NCBI GenBank assembly: GCA_002633005.1
Contig: NMRA01000180.1
Location: forward strand, 557,955-621,954
Reading direction: 5' to 3'
Source: Phoronis australis
Taxonomy: Eukaryota; Animalia; Phoronida
DNA length: 64,000 nt
A model generated the notes under the pieces. That model worked only from the letters and a program-made list of their open reading frames with translations, did not search any database and had not been told where the DNA came from. Both the position numbers and the translations under genes were made by a program. Shown in pieces: positions 26,701 to 39,800 of this stretch (the first letter of the stretch is position 1; every line of letters starts with the position of its first letter).

Positions 26701-29079
26701 AAGCATTACAAGACCCAGTCAATAAAAACATACTCTGATGAAAATGTTATAAAAGATTCGGTCAATATCTGAAATCCACTTTTTTATCGTCTTTCAATTA
26801 ACGGAGGCTATATCACATCCTTCTCAAGTTTCTCTCCTAACTCTGATAAGTCCTAAGCAACATCCAGTTTGTCTATAACCACTCATGTCGTGGATTGACA
26901 AATACTCTGTGGCACTGGATCGACAAATACGATTTGTATACAAGCAATTGCATCCAAAGTCAGACTGTCCTATATGGACACTTAGTAGCTTTCAGTTATC
27001 CTTTATGAAAGGAAACTTATCTGTAGATGTTAAATTTTCTGATTCTTTGTAGGCATATTCTGCTGAACTATGCGTGTGCTCACCCCCACTATGGCTATAA
27101 CCAGGGCATGTCCGACCTACTAGCACCCATCCTGTGTGAACTGGGTCACGAGGCTGACGCTTACTGGTGTTTTGAAGGTCTCATGCAGAAGACCATTTTC
27201 ATCAGCTCGCCCAAGGATTGTGATATGGATATTCAGTTGGTGAGGCCAAAAGTGTGATCTGCCTTATTTATTTTTTAAAGTGCCTTATTTATTTTTTAAA
27301 GTGCCCTTCACTGTAAATTTCATGAACCACTGTGGATGTACTATGCTCGGAACACCCAGGAACTTTGCAACCTTGTCAAAAATTTTGTGGGCTCTCGACT
27401 GAACAAAGTAATGTTTATAACTTTGGCTCAGACTCTAAATTTTAATGTAGTAAGTTTATCTAGTAAACTTGAATGAATGATGATTTTTGCAGTTCAACAT
27501 TAGGACAAACTGTAATCGTCAAACTTGAGATGACATTTTGTGTTGACCATTGGTATTTTATTCATTAGCTGTATCTACAAGAGTTGCTGCGACTGATGCA
27601 TCCGAGGTTTTTCACTCACCTCAAGAAAATTGAGGATGGCATGGAGCTGCTGTTTTGTCACAGGTGATTGTTTTGTCTTAAGACAGTATTTTAGTATAAT
27701 TTTACTCTGTTTAGGTCGTCGAAAACGCAAATATATTTTTTGTACTCTCATAAAATCGGCCTCGTATTCCTTACCACGACAAAATCCAAGTCATGGGCAA
27801 TGCGTACATTCGCCATTTTCTATTGTTAGTGTTGGCAAAACCCAATAAACTCTAAAACATTTTGTGAAGTCACTGAAGGTGTCAATGCTCTTGTTGCCAA
27901 TTGATGTGGAATTCTATCGTGGTAAGGAATGTTTTGTGATCGATTTTGTAAGAGTAAAAGGCCCTATTTGATTTTCATTTTTCGCTGGCTAAACAGTGCA
28001 AAATGAAGCATTAAACTCTTGAATTTCAAATATGAAGAGTGCTTTAACTTAAAGAAATGCCGTCTTGATATATTTGTGCTACTATTGATCTTGAAATTAT
28101 TCTTAACATTCCTCGTCTATAATCCATCAAATTTTGTCTGGAAACGACTGTGTACTATTTATTGAAATTGTCATGTAAAAACAAAATGTATCCGGATGTT
28201 TCATGTTTGAACAATCAATTTTCATCTGTGTTTAAGGTTGGCTTATCTCACGAGATTCAGTGCAGATCCAACAGTGGTGGGTAGCCCTTGATCACTTTGG
28301 GGAATGGCGTTGCGTTGTTGGACTCCCCTGCTCATAGGCTGGCTTTTCTTACGTTAGACGATTATTTTCCCCAACAGGTGGATCCTACTGTGCTTCAAGC
28401 GCGAGTTCACCGAGTATGAGGCATTCCAAATGTGGGAGGCATGCTGGGCGCACTTCCAGACGGATTACTTTCACCTCTTCCTGTGTCTTGCCATCATCAT
28501 TATCTATGGAGAAGATGTCATACAACAGCAACTTCCTGCTGACGAGATGTTGCTGCACTTTAGCAGTCTAGCCATGCACATGAATGGGAAGTTGGTGCTC
28601 AGGAAGGTAACTGATGAAGGGTGGTGGTGTGGTTGAAACCTTGAGTATTGTGTTACTGATGACTGAGTGTTGGAGGTGGTTGAAAGCTTCGGTATTGTGT
28701 TACTGATGAAGAAGGATGGTGGGGTGGGTTTTGTGTTTCTGATGGTGTACATTTACATAATAAACATCAGAGGTCTACTTTGCTAATATGAACCAGCCAT
28801 GAAAGGGTGTATTTGTAAAGAACAGAGGTATAAAATGTTTGTTTACTATGAAACGAAACTTAACTAAATGACATTGTTTGTTTCATTTAGGCTAGAGGTC
28901 TCCTGCACCAGTTCCGACTGTTACCCACAATTCCATGCACTCTGTGTAACCTGACGACATTCTGTAGCCACGGCATGTGGGACAGCGGTCACGTGCCTAA
29001 GATTCAGTGTACGGGGCCTGAGTGTACAACAGGGAACTGTATGTATGATAACTGTCCAGCCACTTCGCTAACTGACTGA
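14776..29079 (+). CDS. TBC1D16: TBC1 domain family member 16 (Rab GTPase-activating protein)
   Basis: Exons 14776-14976, 18255-19218, 21488-21660, 22068-22232, 22665-22813, 23847-23981 (the last two duplicated at 24471-24619 and 25652-25786), 27053-27239, 27569-27663, 28378-28606, 28891-29079 (TGA); phases are consistent. Motifs LDGEIVYCKNNVCVYP, TLVLTWVPN, FSVDLSQMRSLRLF, ESQYKILHFHHGGLDKL, R-finger KDVVRTDR, Q-finger YNQGMSDL, WILLCFKREF, GMWDSGHVP. Confidence 0.95.
16438..16558. repeat. ~61-bp tandem duplication (2 copies), intronic
   Basis: GTGCAGTAATCCATCGGCTTGCTGCTAAG..TCTTTTTGTA occurs twice in tandem. Confidence 0.85.
20764..20980. mobile_element. ~220-bp MITE with GGG(A/C)CCG termini
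   Basis: Imperfect TIRs GGGACCCGATCCATGAAACTGACTTA / TAAGTCAGTTTTCATGGAACGGGCCC. A related copy lies in the opposite orientation at ~37243-37462. Confidence 0.7.
23444..23661. mobile_element. Penelope-like element remnant: inverted pseudo-LTR pair (copy 1)
   Basis: Inverted arms of ~90-100 bp (CAACTATTATTAAA...TTTAATAATAGTTG) containing CCGAAACGTC. The hammerhead core is degenerate here (CTGACAA at 23565). Confidence 0.6.
25252..25468. mobile_element. Penelope-like element remnant: inverted pseudo-LTR pair (copy 2)
   Basis: Same inverted repeat as 23444-23661, with an intact hammerhead core. Confidence 0.6.
25370..25411 (+). ncRNA. Minimal type I hammerhead ribozyme motif (PLE-type)
   Basis: CAC-CTGACGA(25373-25379)-T-GGCTGG..loop..CCGACC-GAAAC(25401-25405)-GTC-GTG. 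This gives the CUGANGA and GAAA boxes, an imperfect stem II, a palindromic ACGU stem III, a GUC cleavage triplet and a 3-bp stem I. Confidence 0.55.
26202..26546. mobile_element. Degenerate MITE at a TTAA-like site (Kolobok-like); related remnant at ~27715-27990
   Basis: Ends TTAA|AGCTGCA...TGCAGCT|TTCA. Internal blocks (TAAAATCGG, TTCTATC..GTAAGGAAT, GAGTAAAA) are shared with 27715-27990. Confidence 0.45.
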
Positions 29080-32000
29080 TGGATATAGGTTATAGCTTGG
29101 AAGGGCTTTAGTAGGAAACTGGCACATTTTGTATGTTTTGTTTTCTTTCAGTTTTTAAGTTTGATGTTGTCTTGGGTATTGGCCTGTGGGCGATTTGGAT
29201 TTAGCATTGCCATGGCAAAGTTATGCACGAAAGACTTTAGTGTTTGGATTGATGGTACTGTCATGTTGTATGATTGATGCAGTTGGGAATCTCTGATGTT
29301 GTGATGCATATAATTTAGCCCTTGCAAAGCTGTCCTAAAATTACCGGCATTGTATAACATACAAGCTGTTCTCTACAAGAAAATCTCACGCATTAATAAT
29401 TGCAAAACAACGTTGCCACCTGCAGACTTGCAAGCACTGAGATATCATGAAGGTGGCCTATGCTAGTGAAGACCATTCTGTTGTTCTGAAGATTAAAAAG
29501 GGATCTTTTCTTCATTAGCCTCCTAGTGACTATCGAGTTGCTCATTGCTAGGATTTGTAGCTGCTGGATGGGCCATGTTGTTTTGTTATCAATGTGCCAA
29601 TCCTTTTTGATAAATTTTTCTTAAAATATGTGGTCACGTGACCCAAAAATGGCAGATTGGAAAAGTCAAAAATCAATTCCTACTGAAAATATATTCTTTT
29701 ACCCAGTTAAAGTTTATAGTTATGGAGATATTTGGCTGGTAAGTACACAGATGAATTGGTAAGGTCATACGTAACCTTAAATTTAAGTAAACGACCCAGA
29801 AATAGAGTGATGCTGTGGCATTTAGGGATGTGGCTCTTCCTTGATGTTGGAACAGATATTAAGTTTTTACATCTAATGTTCAGTGAAGACTTCTTGCTAG
29901 TCCACACGACTGACTGAATTCAAGGGAATTTTTAGCTAATTTATTTAACTAAAAGGTATTAACACGCATTGCATCCAAACTGCAAACATTTTGATGTAAA
30001 CCTTTTATTTCTATAAATTAGATCTCAAATTGTTTCTTACTTCGGTGAGAAGTGATTTATGAGTTTTCAAAGAACTGAAAGTTTGTTATTAGAAAACTTT
30101 ATGCATTAATTCATTTCATTTCTGCTAATATTTTGTAATTTGTTATTCCTTGAGACCATGATTGGCAAGCCAACTTTTGAAGACAACTCTTGAGCAATAA
30201 CGCACAGCCTGTTCTTTTGAAAGCCTGTATCACCTCCAGTTTGACTAATGAATATTTTTAAATAAGTTTTGTTACGATAAGTGGTCTAAATCAAAAGTTG
30301 ATTTTTGTGATCGAAGGCGATTTATTGCAGCTTTAATCGTGTTATTTCTTTTAATTAAATTTATATTTTACTTTAGTTGCTCTTTGTAATATTCTGCCCT
30401 ATCATCACCTCTACTCAAAATACATGCAACTAGCTGGTGACTTTCGTTTGCAAGACTTAAGAGTACAATCAGATTTCTGAAAGTACCGTCAGCTTGTTTA
30501 TAATTTGCGTGCAATAATGAAGCAGTCAGATCGTGTCCTCCAATCTTGAACTTGATTATTTTTAAGATATTTTGCAAATTTTCATATTTGTACAGTTTGA
30601 CGTTTTAACGTTCCACTAGTAACAACAGCTTGCAATTACTTCTGCCACAAGTATTGGGGGAGGTAGTGTTTTTATTGGAATGTAATTGAAAAGTATGGCG
30701 GCCTCAGTTCGGCATGAAGGTTTCCAGATTCCTCAAGTGGTAGAACACTAGAGCACATTAAATTTCCAGTTCACCCTATTCTCATCTAGAGATTTTATGA
30801 TGAAATTTAGAATATCAATCAGCTTGCTGTGAAGATCAGTCGATTTTGATCATGTTTAATTTCACAAATCCTGTCTCAGAGAGAATGCTTTCGAATCTCA
30901 GGCAGGTATTTTTCTAACATTGAAAGTAGTTGTAGTGTGTGAGAGCAACTGTCGTGGTAGTTTTTATTTGTTTCTGAAAAAAACGATGTGTAATTTTTGT
31001 CAGTAGGTTATCATGCTATTATCTTGCCTTGCTAAGCTCTCTTTTTATGTCAAAAAAGCTAACTTTTTGACTTAGACAACTCATCATTGTAAAAGTGGCT
31101 CTTGACTTTCTCTTTTCCCCTAACAGAGGTGAGAGTTATACGAGATTCATGTGAGTGGTGAAAACACTGACAGTTTTAAGTAGCAAAAAGCTAGATTTTT
31201 AGTCATGTAGATGTCCATATTCTGACTACCCTCTTCAGACGATAAGGAATTAGTATTAGAGGCAAAATTCCCTCAAAGTTAATGGATCACTCAGTAATCT
31301 AATGGTGCTGGACTGATGACCAAAATGTCAAAGGTTAACTTCCGTTACAGAAGACAGCTTTACAGTAGCTTTAACAACCGAGGAAAAATTGCACCTGATT
31401 TCTGTCCGTATTGCCTGTTGGTCAGATGGGGTAAAATACATTTTTGTAATTTTAAGTACTGTCTAGTATAAGCCCGCTGTGCTCAGTTGTGGTTATATGA
31501 TTCATAAGAAGAGGCTCCTCAGTCCTCACAGCATTATCAGTCAAAATAAATCTCTAGTTACGAGACGACATGTCTCATAACATATACATGGTGTGACAGT
31601 GATTTGTGGTGGCCAGTGTGGTTTCTTGTCAAGCACCACTTTTTCAACAAACATAATATTACAGAAATTTTATTTCATTCAGAAGGACTTTTTACTCTCT
31701 AGCAGTCAACAGATTATGTTTTAATTATTTGTAATAGCTTTTGAAGAATTGGGAATTGCTCATATTTGCAGTTTTATGGAACTCCAAAAATGCCAATTGT
31801 CGAGTTGAAACACAAACACAACAGAAAAACAAAAAATACAGTTGGATTTTTGAATTGAATTTTGACTTAACACAAACTTTTCATGGAGTTTTTAGAGTTT
31901 GTGCAGGCTATGCCTCTGAAAGGGAGCTAACTGCAGCAAGTAACCACCTGTGACCATTTAAAATTACATTTTCAGAACTTGGCCCATGGGTCTGGCTATT

Positions 32001-32262
32001 TTTGTGTGTGCATATTGTATTGTGTAAGGTGCTCATTCTAAATTTAATGATATATTGATTCGTTGTTGTAGTTAATTTTCTTTGTCTTAGAACGTCCCTC
32101 TCTATAATTTCACAGTAGTCCAAATTACTCAGTGTTGATTATCCTATCAAATATTTATAAATGCTTTGAAATCGAGTCTTTGATAAGAAATATTTTTAAA
32201 TCCTTTTTTCGGACTTAAGATAACTTGAAGTGAATATTTGAATTTGTTTACCCGATGTTCCG

Positions 32263-32510
32263 AATAAAACGTCTTCGAAGTGCCAATAAAGGTGCCTTTA
32301 ATGAATTATTTTACAAAGTTTTAAAAAGTCATGTATGATATTTGTGTCTCAAATTTAGAGCCAATTTGCGAGTCTTTGATGTTAATGTATTTGATGGTCA
32401 GTGTTTATTCCCTGTACTCTGTTTAAATTCAATTGTTATTAATATGCGAATATTTTAATGTTACAAATTCAGTTCACATGAATTGTGGTGCAAATGTGCA
32501 ATTAAATAAA
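32263..32510 (+). terminator. Candidate polyadenylation signals ending a ~3.4-kb TBC1D16 3' UTR
   Basis: AATAAA at ~32263, ~32285 and ~32505, the last followed by a GT/T-rich tract. Confidence 0.4.
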
Positions 32511-35500
32511 TTCAATTATAATTGTTGTTTTTTCAGTGCATGTTGCATTTTAAAACTATACTGAGTATGACTTGGGCAGGTCCCATGACCGAGTTCAAAG
32601 TAAGATAAATTAAAATGAAATTATTTAAACCAAAAATATAAGCGTGAGCTCCATCATCCCAAAACTATTAACATAGAAAAGTGAGAAGTGTTAATTTGCC
32701 TTAGTTAATAACTCAATTTTTGTAAATTGCAAAGTTAAATTGAAACAATCGGCGCTCGTTATTGACCCAAATTGCTTTTCCCATAGTGTAGATTTGTGCG
32801 ATAATAGGAGTTGTCGAATCCAGCATCTTGAAAGTGTTACGCAGGCAAGCTGGCAGTTGATTTTGGGTAGATGACTGCATCCAAGCTGAGCTGGCTGCTT
32901 TGAAATGTTTCTAAAATGACGATATTTCCGCAGATCAAATTATCGACGTCTGCTGGTGATGCTGCTTTCGATGATCACTTCATCCCGCAATCATTTGTAT
33001 TACGTTGTACGTTATTCTGAAGGTCAGTTGTACCTGTACTTCACCAAATCATGATCACATCACTTGTGGTTGTGCGCTACGCAGAATATGGGAGTTGCTA
33101 AGTGAAAATTAGGATATCTTAGGGGCAATGGTTATTATGATACAGTCCGTGGACTCTGGCAACCAAACACATTTTCAAGCAAACGCTATTGGTTGGTGTG
33201 AAAAATGTTGCAGCATGCAAACAAAAGTTTGCCGATCCACCATCTTATCAGTTCCCTTAATGTTACGTATGCTGTGAGCTACTGGAAATTCTTCACATTG
33301 TAGAACGGACTAGCAAAACTCTTTTTTGTCGAATTTCTCAACAAAAAAGGATTTTGAAATAATTTTAAGTCTATTATTGGCTTGATTCATACTGTGTTGA
33401 TGTTCTAAAATGATATTTGACAGTTTCCATTATTCGCAGCAATATAGCCAACCTTTCAAATTAGCAATGACAATGTTCTCAATTACTTTTGTGAAAAATC
33501 TGAAGAATTACCAGTCCCTGTTTCTGCCCCTTTAACTCATGAATGTATATAAAACAAGACTTGATTTCAGTTCAAATTTTATATGTTACATCATGTCTTC
33601 TCAGATCTTGCATAAAATGTTATGGTGCTCAGTAAACATTTTCTGCCCAAGTTGGAAAAGTGAGATGCGTCGATTTCAACACACAAGGGCGAATGATCTA
33701 ATTTCTAACAAAAAATGTCAACAGATCATGAGATAGTACCATAAGTGAACAGTGGCTAAAATCATGTGACATTTCTCTCAAAAAAGTACAAAAATTCAAC
33801 CCTTTCCGATAAGTTCCTCCATCCCAAATTAAAGGGATAGTCATAAAAGAGCGATTAATACAGACCATGATTAGTCTCATGTATGACAGTAGACAATAAA
33901 TTGTCAAACAACTTAGCTGATAACTAATGACAAACGTAACAAAAATCCAAAAAGCAGAGCAGCATTAATTGCAAACCTTCACGGTACTTCACCAAAATAT
34001 TTGTATTTCAAAGTTAGTTGTAACCAAATAAATTGTTACCATACACAGTACACTAAGCTTAGGACTTGGAACATTATAAGCGAGGGAAAATTATTGACCA
34101 AGTTTCTTGAAACATTGTTCAGCTCTAGTCAGAATACGAAAACAAAAACATTACTTTATAAAACAGACTATTAATTTTTCATATCACTTCTGGCCAGCCA
34201 GAAAAACGACCTACCTGCATTCACAACAAATTCTGCTACTGTGTGCAAATACTCCATGAAAGTTTTCAAAATCAGGTAACTTCTAACATAGGCAAGACCA
34301 CTGCCACTATTTTGTAGTTTATACAGGGATTGAGCAAAACGTTACTAAAAAGTAAAGGAATTTGATCTAAATTTTGCTAGATTTTAAGTTGGGTGTGCAA
34401 AACTAAAATGAACTTAGACCCATGACAACACTTTTCTGAACAACTGAATTTTCTAGGCATGCGGAGCAATTATTCGTAAAAAATTAGGCAGATAAAATAT
34501 TGTAAACATTCTTCATTTTGGAACAGATGTGGCATTTTCCAAAGTCTCACTACATCTCTGCACATGCACAAATTTTCACCAAATATTGCTTAGTTACAAC
34601 TACGCTATAAAATCCAGACTAAAAATGAATATAATGAAATTTTTGCCAAATTTTTATTACAGTCAAGTTTTCAGCAAGCCGAAAAGTTCTGATCAAGATT
34701 TGCTAGTTCAGTGTATTTCTAAATCAAATGTTAGTTCCAACACCCGAGCTTGGTACCTGGCCTCACTACATGTCTTACTGGATCTGTATAACGACAGTGT
34801 TCAAAGCAAACAAACACATTTGTTGATCTCAATATGGAACTACCACCTCCAATAACCTTCAAATCATATTTTGCAGCCATAATCATTCACCCAGGTTAGA
34901 ATGATTGCCACAATATGACTCGCAACTTTGTATTGACCAAACCTATGCATAGAGACTAGGTATCTTGCTGCCAACACTGAAAACTGTGTTTCCTGCCAAT
35001 AAGGCTACCAGGCTCCACAAAATTGCAAGGTGAAGCAACTGCGGTATTTCATTCTACACCCAGTTTTTGCCAACGTTCGCCTTATGTTTGAACATATCAA
35101 CACGACCAGAAGTGCATCCCTGGCATTCAACAACAATGAACATAAATTCAAGTTCTTGCACTACTTGCTAAATGAAATAGTAACACTGACAAGCTATGCT
35201 GAAACTTTCACTGTATCTGTAATTTATATGTACTTGACACTGCCTACACAATTAAAACTACATGATCTAACATCAAGAAAAACACAAGCGGTATCAAAAG
35301 TAAATTTTACAGTTAATTTTTACAACTGAATTCTTCAAAAGCAAATAACATTAATTTTACACCTATACACCAGCACAGTGCATCAGACATAGCAATGCAG
35401 CAAATACACATTTCTTATCAAATAAGAACACAGCTAATAAAAACTACGTCTACTGCTTTATGGACCACTCGCAAAATCAACATTTTCATGAATTTGGACT

Positions 35501-36889
35501 GCGCACTGATGGAAGTAGTCGAGGCAACTGTGCACTGACTAGTAACGCCACTTAGAGCTCAGGCAAAGAGCCCCCCATTTGACAACTAGTGTTTTAGAGG
35601 CAAAAAATACAACCTTGGCTATCAATTCCACAGCAATAAATTTGCTCATTCTTCCCAAGCCCCAAAAATTTTTTATGATCTCAAAAGAAGCACAACTACA
35701 ATGTAAAACAAATTTTAGAAGTGATCTCGGTCAAACCTTACATTTGTTGCGCAGAAAATCTGTGAAGCATTGATTGGATGCACTTTCGTGATGTCGATGG
35801 AAAAGTGATTAAAAAATTCGATTTCACGTTCTTGTATGTACGTCTTGCACCTTTTAAAATTCCACAGACATATTTGAATGTCCAGTCTGCGAGGCAGATG
35901 TTACGAGTCGTCAACAGTTTTAAGGAATTTCAGAATGAAAGAGGCATATTACTGAAAAATGGAAGTTTTGCACACTGAGTAATGAATACTACCATCTCAG
36001 CTTTTCAGTAGCAACCATCACATGCATAACCATACAATGAAAACTCAACCCTTAAACTTGCTGAATTCCAACACCAGTGATGCTGCCTAAACCACGTTAT
36101 GGTGATTCTCCATTAATTTCACAAACAAATCTTTTCCAAATTTGTCATCTTTCTGTTTTTCAAAGGTTGATTACTTTGCTGCATAAAAAGGAAATTTTGC
36201 CATTTGTTGTTTAACAACATCTACACAGTACAAACCATGCCAACAAGGAGCTCAAATTTATCTTTATTTTAAGGAAAATATTGACAAAATTTCACAAGGC
36301 TACTAGATCATGTACCAAATAAGTGAAGAGTTACTCTCAGTCTACCCACAATTCCAGCACAGTGCCTAATACTTAACAGGAAGCATTCATTTTCGTATTT
36401 CGTATAAGCCACCCTGATACATGAACAGTATATTGTATTATGAAACTGGCATTTACTCAACAATCTACTAATGACTGGAAGGTGTATACTATTTCACCAT
36501 GATCACATAAATATCAAATAAATGAGATAAAAATTCCATCCATAACAGGATACAAAACCAATGATAGTAAAACATTGTTAACAATAAAAACAATTCACAC
36601 ACTACCACAACAGTACTCACTCTTTTCAAGTTTGTTTGCACCAAATGTAACTTTTTGCATTTTTTGTATATCACCAGTATTAACACAGCCATCACTTAGA
36701 CTTAAACAAAGGTCAAATTGCCACATGAATTTACTACATAGTAGCAACTAACTTCCCAAGTCATACAATAAACGGGAATGACCAAAACCGTAGAAAATGA
36801 TCACCAAAACTCAGGTTTCACCATGATAACACTGCGAGAATAAAGAAGGTCAAAGTTCAACCTTATAAAAATTTATACGGAGGCCAATC

Positions 36890-39800
36890 TCAATGACCAG
36901 AATCGTCATAGTGACTGACAATTTCTGAGATCACAGAGTAACAGCCAGCAAACATGCCAGCGACGCCGACGATTATGATGACTATGTCCTTGATGATTAT
37001 TATGGGCTTGAGTTCCCCATGCCTCAACTTCAGATGGAAGACGCACGGTAGAATATAGGCAAGTGGTGAGCTACCAACAGCACCTAAAACAGAGAAAATG
37101 TTATACTCAGAATGTATATCATTGTATCAACTTTTGACTCTATACAAGGCAGGTAAAGTAACTTCTCTTCAATTTTGCACAGAGATTAGGGCCGCAATTG
37201 CCGTTTGTTTAATTTGAAACAGGCAAACTAAATTAAGTACACTGGCCTGTTCCAAGAAAATTAACTTAGCTAAGACAAATCTTAAATTTCAACCAATTAA
37301 AGTTAAATTTGACTCAAGTCCGTTTCAAGAAATATCTTAAGATTGACTTCAGTTCAACTAAATTTTGTCTTAATTTTGACTAACCGGATGTGGAAGTTTC
37401 AAAGCTGAAAGCTGAGAAAAGTCTTAGACTTAGAACTTCAGTCAATTTCTTGGAACGGGCCCAAGTACCAGAATCTCTCTTCAACTTAGCTAAAAATAAT
37501 TCACTGCAAAACAATTTTCCATTATCCAAAGACTGATTACATTGCAATTTTATCTACATTCTGGCAAATAGTCACCAATTTTATAACTGTTACTAAAGCC
37601 TATCTTCAACGGTAACACCTGTAAATTTGGTTCCTACAGTATGTTAAGAGCATTGCTCTGAGCCCACTAGTGCCATGAATTGCCAAATGTAACAAACTGA
37701 TAGGTGTATTAGCTTGCTTTTGTTTATGTCACTGCGAGAATCACCTTTTAATTCAAACAGCTGCGAATAATACCCGCAAGCAATGGTGTTCTATTCAGAC
37801 CCCTATTCAACACAACCTTTTGTTGTTTGTGCTGGGATCTCGTGGCGACGCAACATGGCACGAAAAGGCAGCTTCACTTATCATTTGACGGGCTTACATT
37901 TGCGCGACTGAACTTGCGTTTTCTTATTAAGGCTTTGATGGGCCCAATACATCTAAAATAACAAAATTCCGTTGAAGTTAGGCTTTAAGAGGAGAAAACT
38001 GGTTCTCAAAATGAGCGACTCTTGTAAGTACATATTACTCATCTTCTCATAACTGTACAAAACAAACCATGATAATGTAATATTCTTTATATTAACTTTT
38101 TTGCAAAAATCACAATATAAAGTATTATTTGTTTGTCATATTGTGTTTTAAATTAAAGTGTGATACTGTAGACAGAGAGGTAACAGACTAACGTGATATC
38201 ATATAACAATGAATAGTTGGGCAGATAACTGATGGTTCAGTTGAACGGTGTTATACAGTAAATTGTCACCTATTTTGGCCAAAACATAATTGACAAAATT
38301 GCATTTTTTTCATTTTTTAATGGTTACTAACATTGTGAAAGCCCAAAACTTTCAAAAACATGTATTTGCAGCTATGGTAGAAAACGTAGACATGGAAAGC
38401 ATCATTTTGGTAGTGTATATAATTTATGAAAAATTTAGAAAATAAAATTTCACCTCTCTGACAAGATTTCCTAAATTGATTTTACTGTATCTGCATACAT
38501 CTTACAAAACAACCACACATTGGGATTGACTTAGTCTGCTTTTTCTGCCTTCACATTGGCATGAATGCAGCATTAATGTCAATATGGCCAGATTGACTTA
38601 GTCTGCTTTTTCTGCCTTCCCATTGGCTTGAATGGAGCATTAATGTCAATATGTCCAGATTGCAGCTGCCTTACTTTTGCTTCATTTGAAAACTAAAATC
38701 ATTTCTCTCTCACTACTGATAGCCAAGAACAAAATGATCTAGTTTTCACCAAAGTGTTATCTTACACTGAGAGATATGGAATGAGATGTTAGTTGTGTAG
38801 AAGAAGGAATATAGAATTATAGCACAATAATTTAACATTAGTAATGATACACATAGTTTATTTTGGTTCCCAGCAGCAGGCTATGTAACCAATGAGAATA
38901 GTACTGTGTAGGTTTTAGATTTCACATATCCAATTACAGGATGGAAATATTACTCTAAATAATCAAAATGTCAACTTTTGCAATATGACTTGTTTAATCA
39001 GAAGAAACAGTAGTCTTCAAGAAAGTTCACAACAACTGTTACATGAAAATAGGGAAAATTTGAAACAAAATTTTTTGGCTACTCTTCACCTGACTTCATC
39101 GTGGGGTTCACAATAAATTCGATCAACTTTTTACAAAACCTTACCTGTGTAATTGTAAAATGAAGTTATGTATTTTATATCGAAAATGCAGATTATGAAA
39201 CAGAGCTGCATAAAGCTTCAAAACTAATCTATTGGATAAGTTAGATTGTTGCATGACATGAAGTAAATTGTTCAACAACCATGGCAACATAATGTGTGAT
39301 AATGTAACGTCAGTGTTGCAATCCAACGTGTAACTTTTATGCAACTGGACCCAGGTAACTCAATCATAGATTAAAAATTTGTCTCCAACATTTCCACACT
39401 TTCTTAAAAAATATTTAATTCCATCCCCGAACAGATCAATACAAGAAAAACGAATGTCAAAAGAACACAAATTTTGACAGAGACTGGCCCGACCCTTCCA
39501 AATTTGGACTGCTAACCAACAGGGATATTTCAGCTCCTTCTGATAGCAGGAACCAATTATCATGACAAGAAAAGACTTTTAGAACAGTTTGTTGGAATTG
39601 ATAAGCCTGGTAAACAGTCATTCTCATGGTTACACCGCAAGTGGGAAGGTAATGCCCCTTTAATTGTGTTCACTCTTACCGACAAATGAAAGGAAATACG
39701 CAAAAAAGTCCTTGAGCAAAAGGGCCACACCAAACTGTATCAGGACCAGAAATATTCGGAATATGTTTCTTTTCCAATTGGCAACCTGTAAAAAATGTAA

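Noticed and set aside
29077-29090. Stop-codon readthrough or selenocysteine at the TBC1D16 (and SPC24) TGA
   Set aside because: No TGA-CTAG context, in-frame stops follow shortly, no SECIS recognised, and the proteins appear complete.
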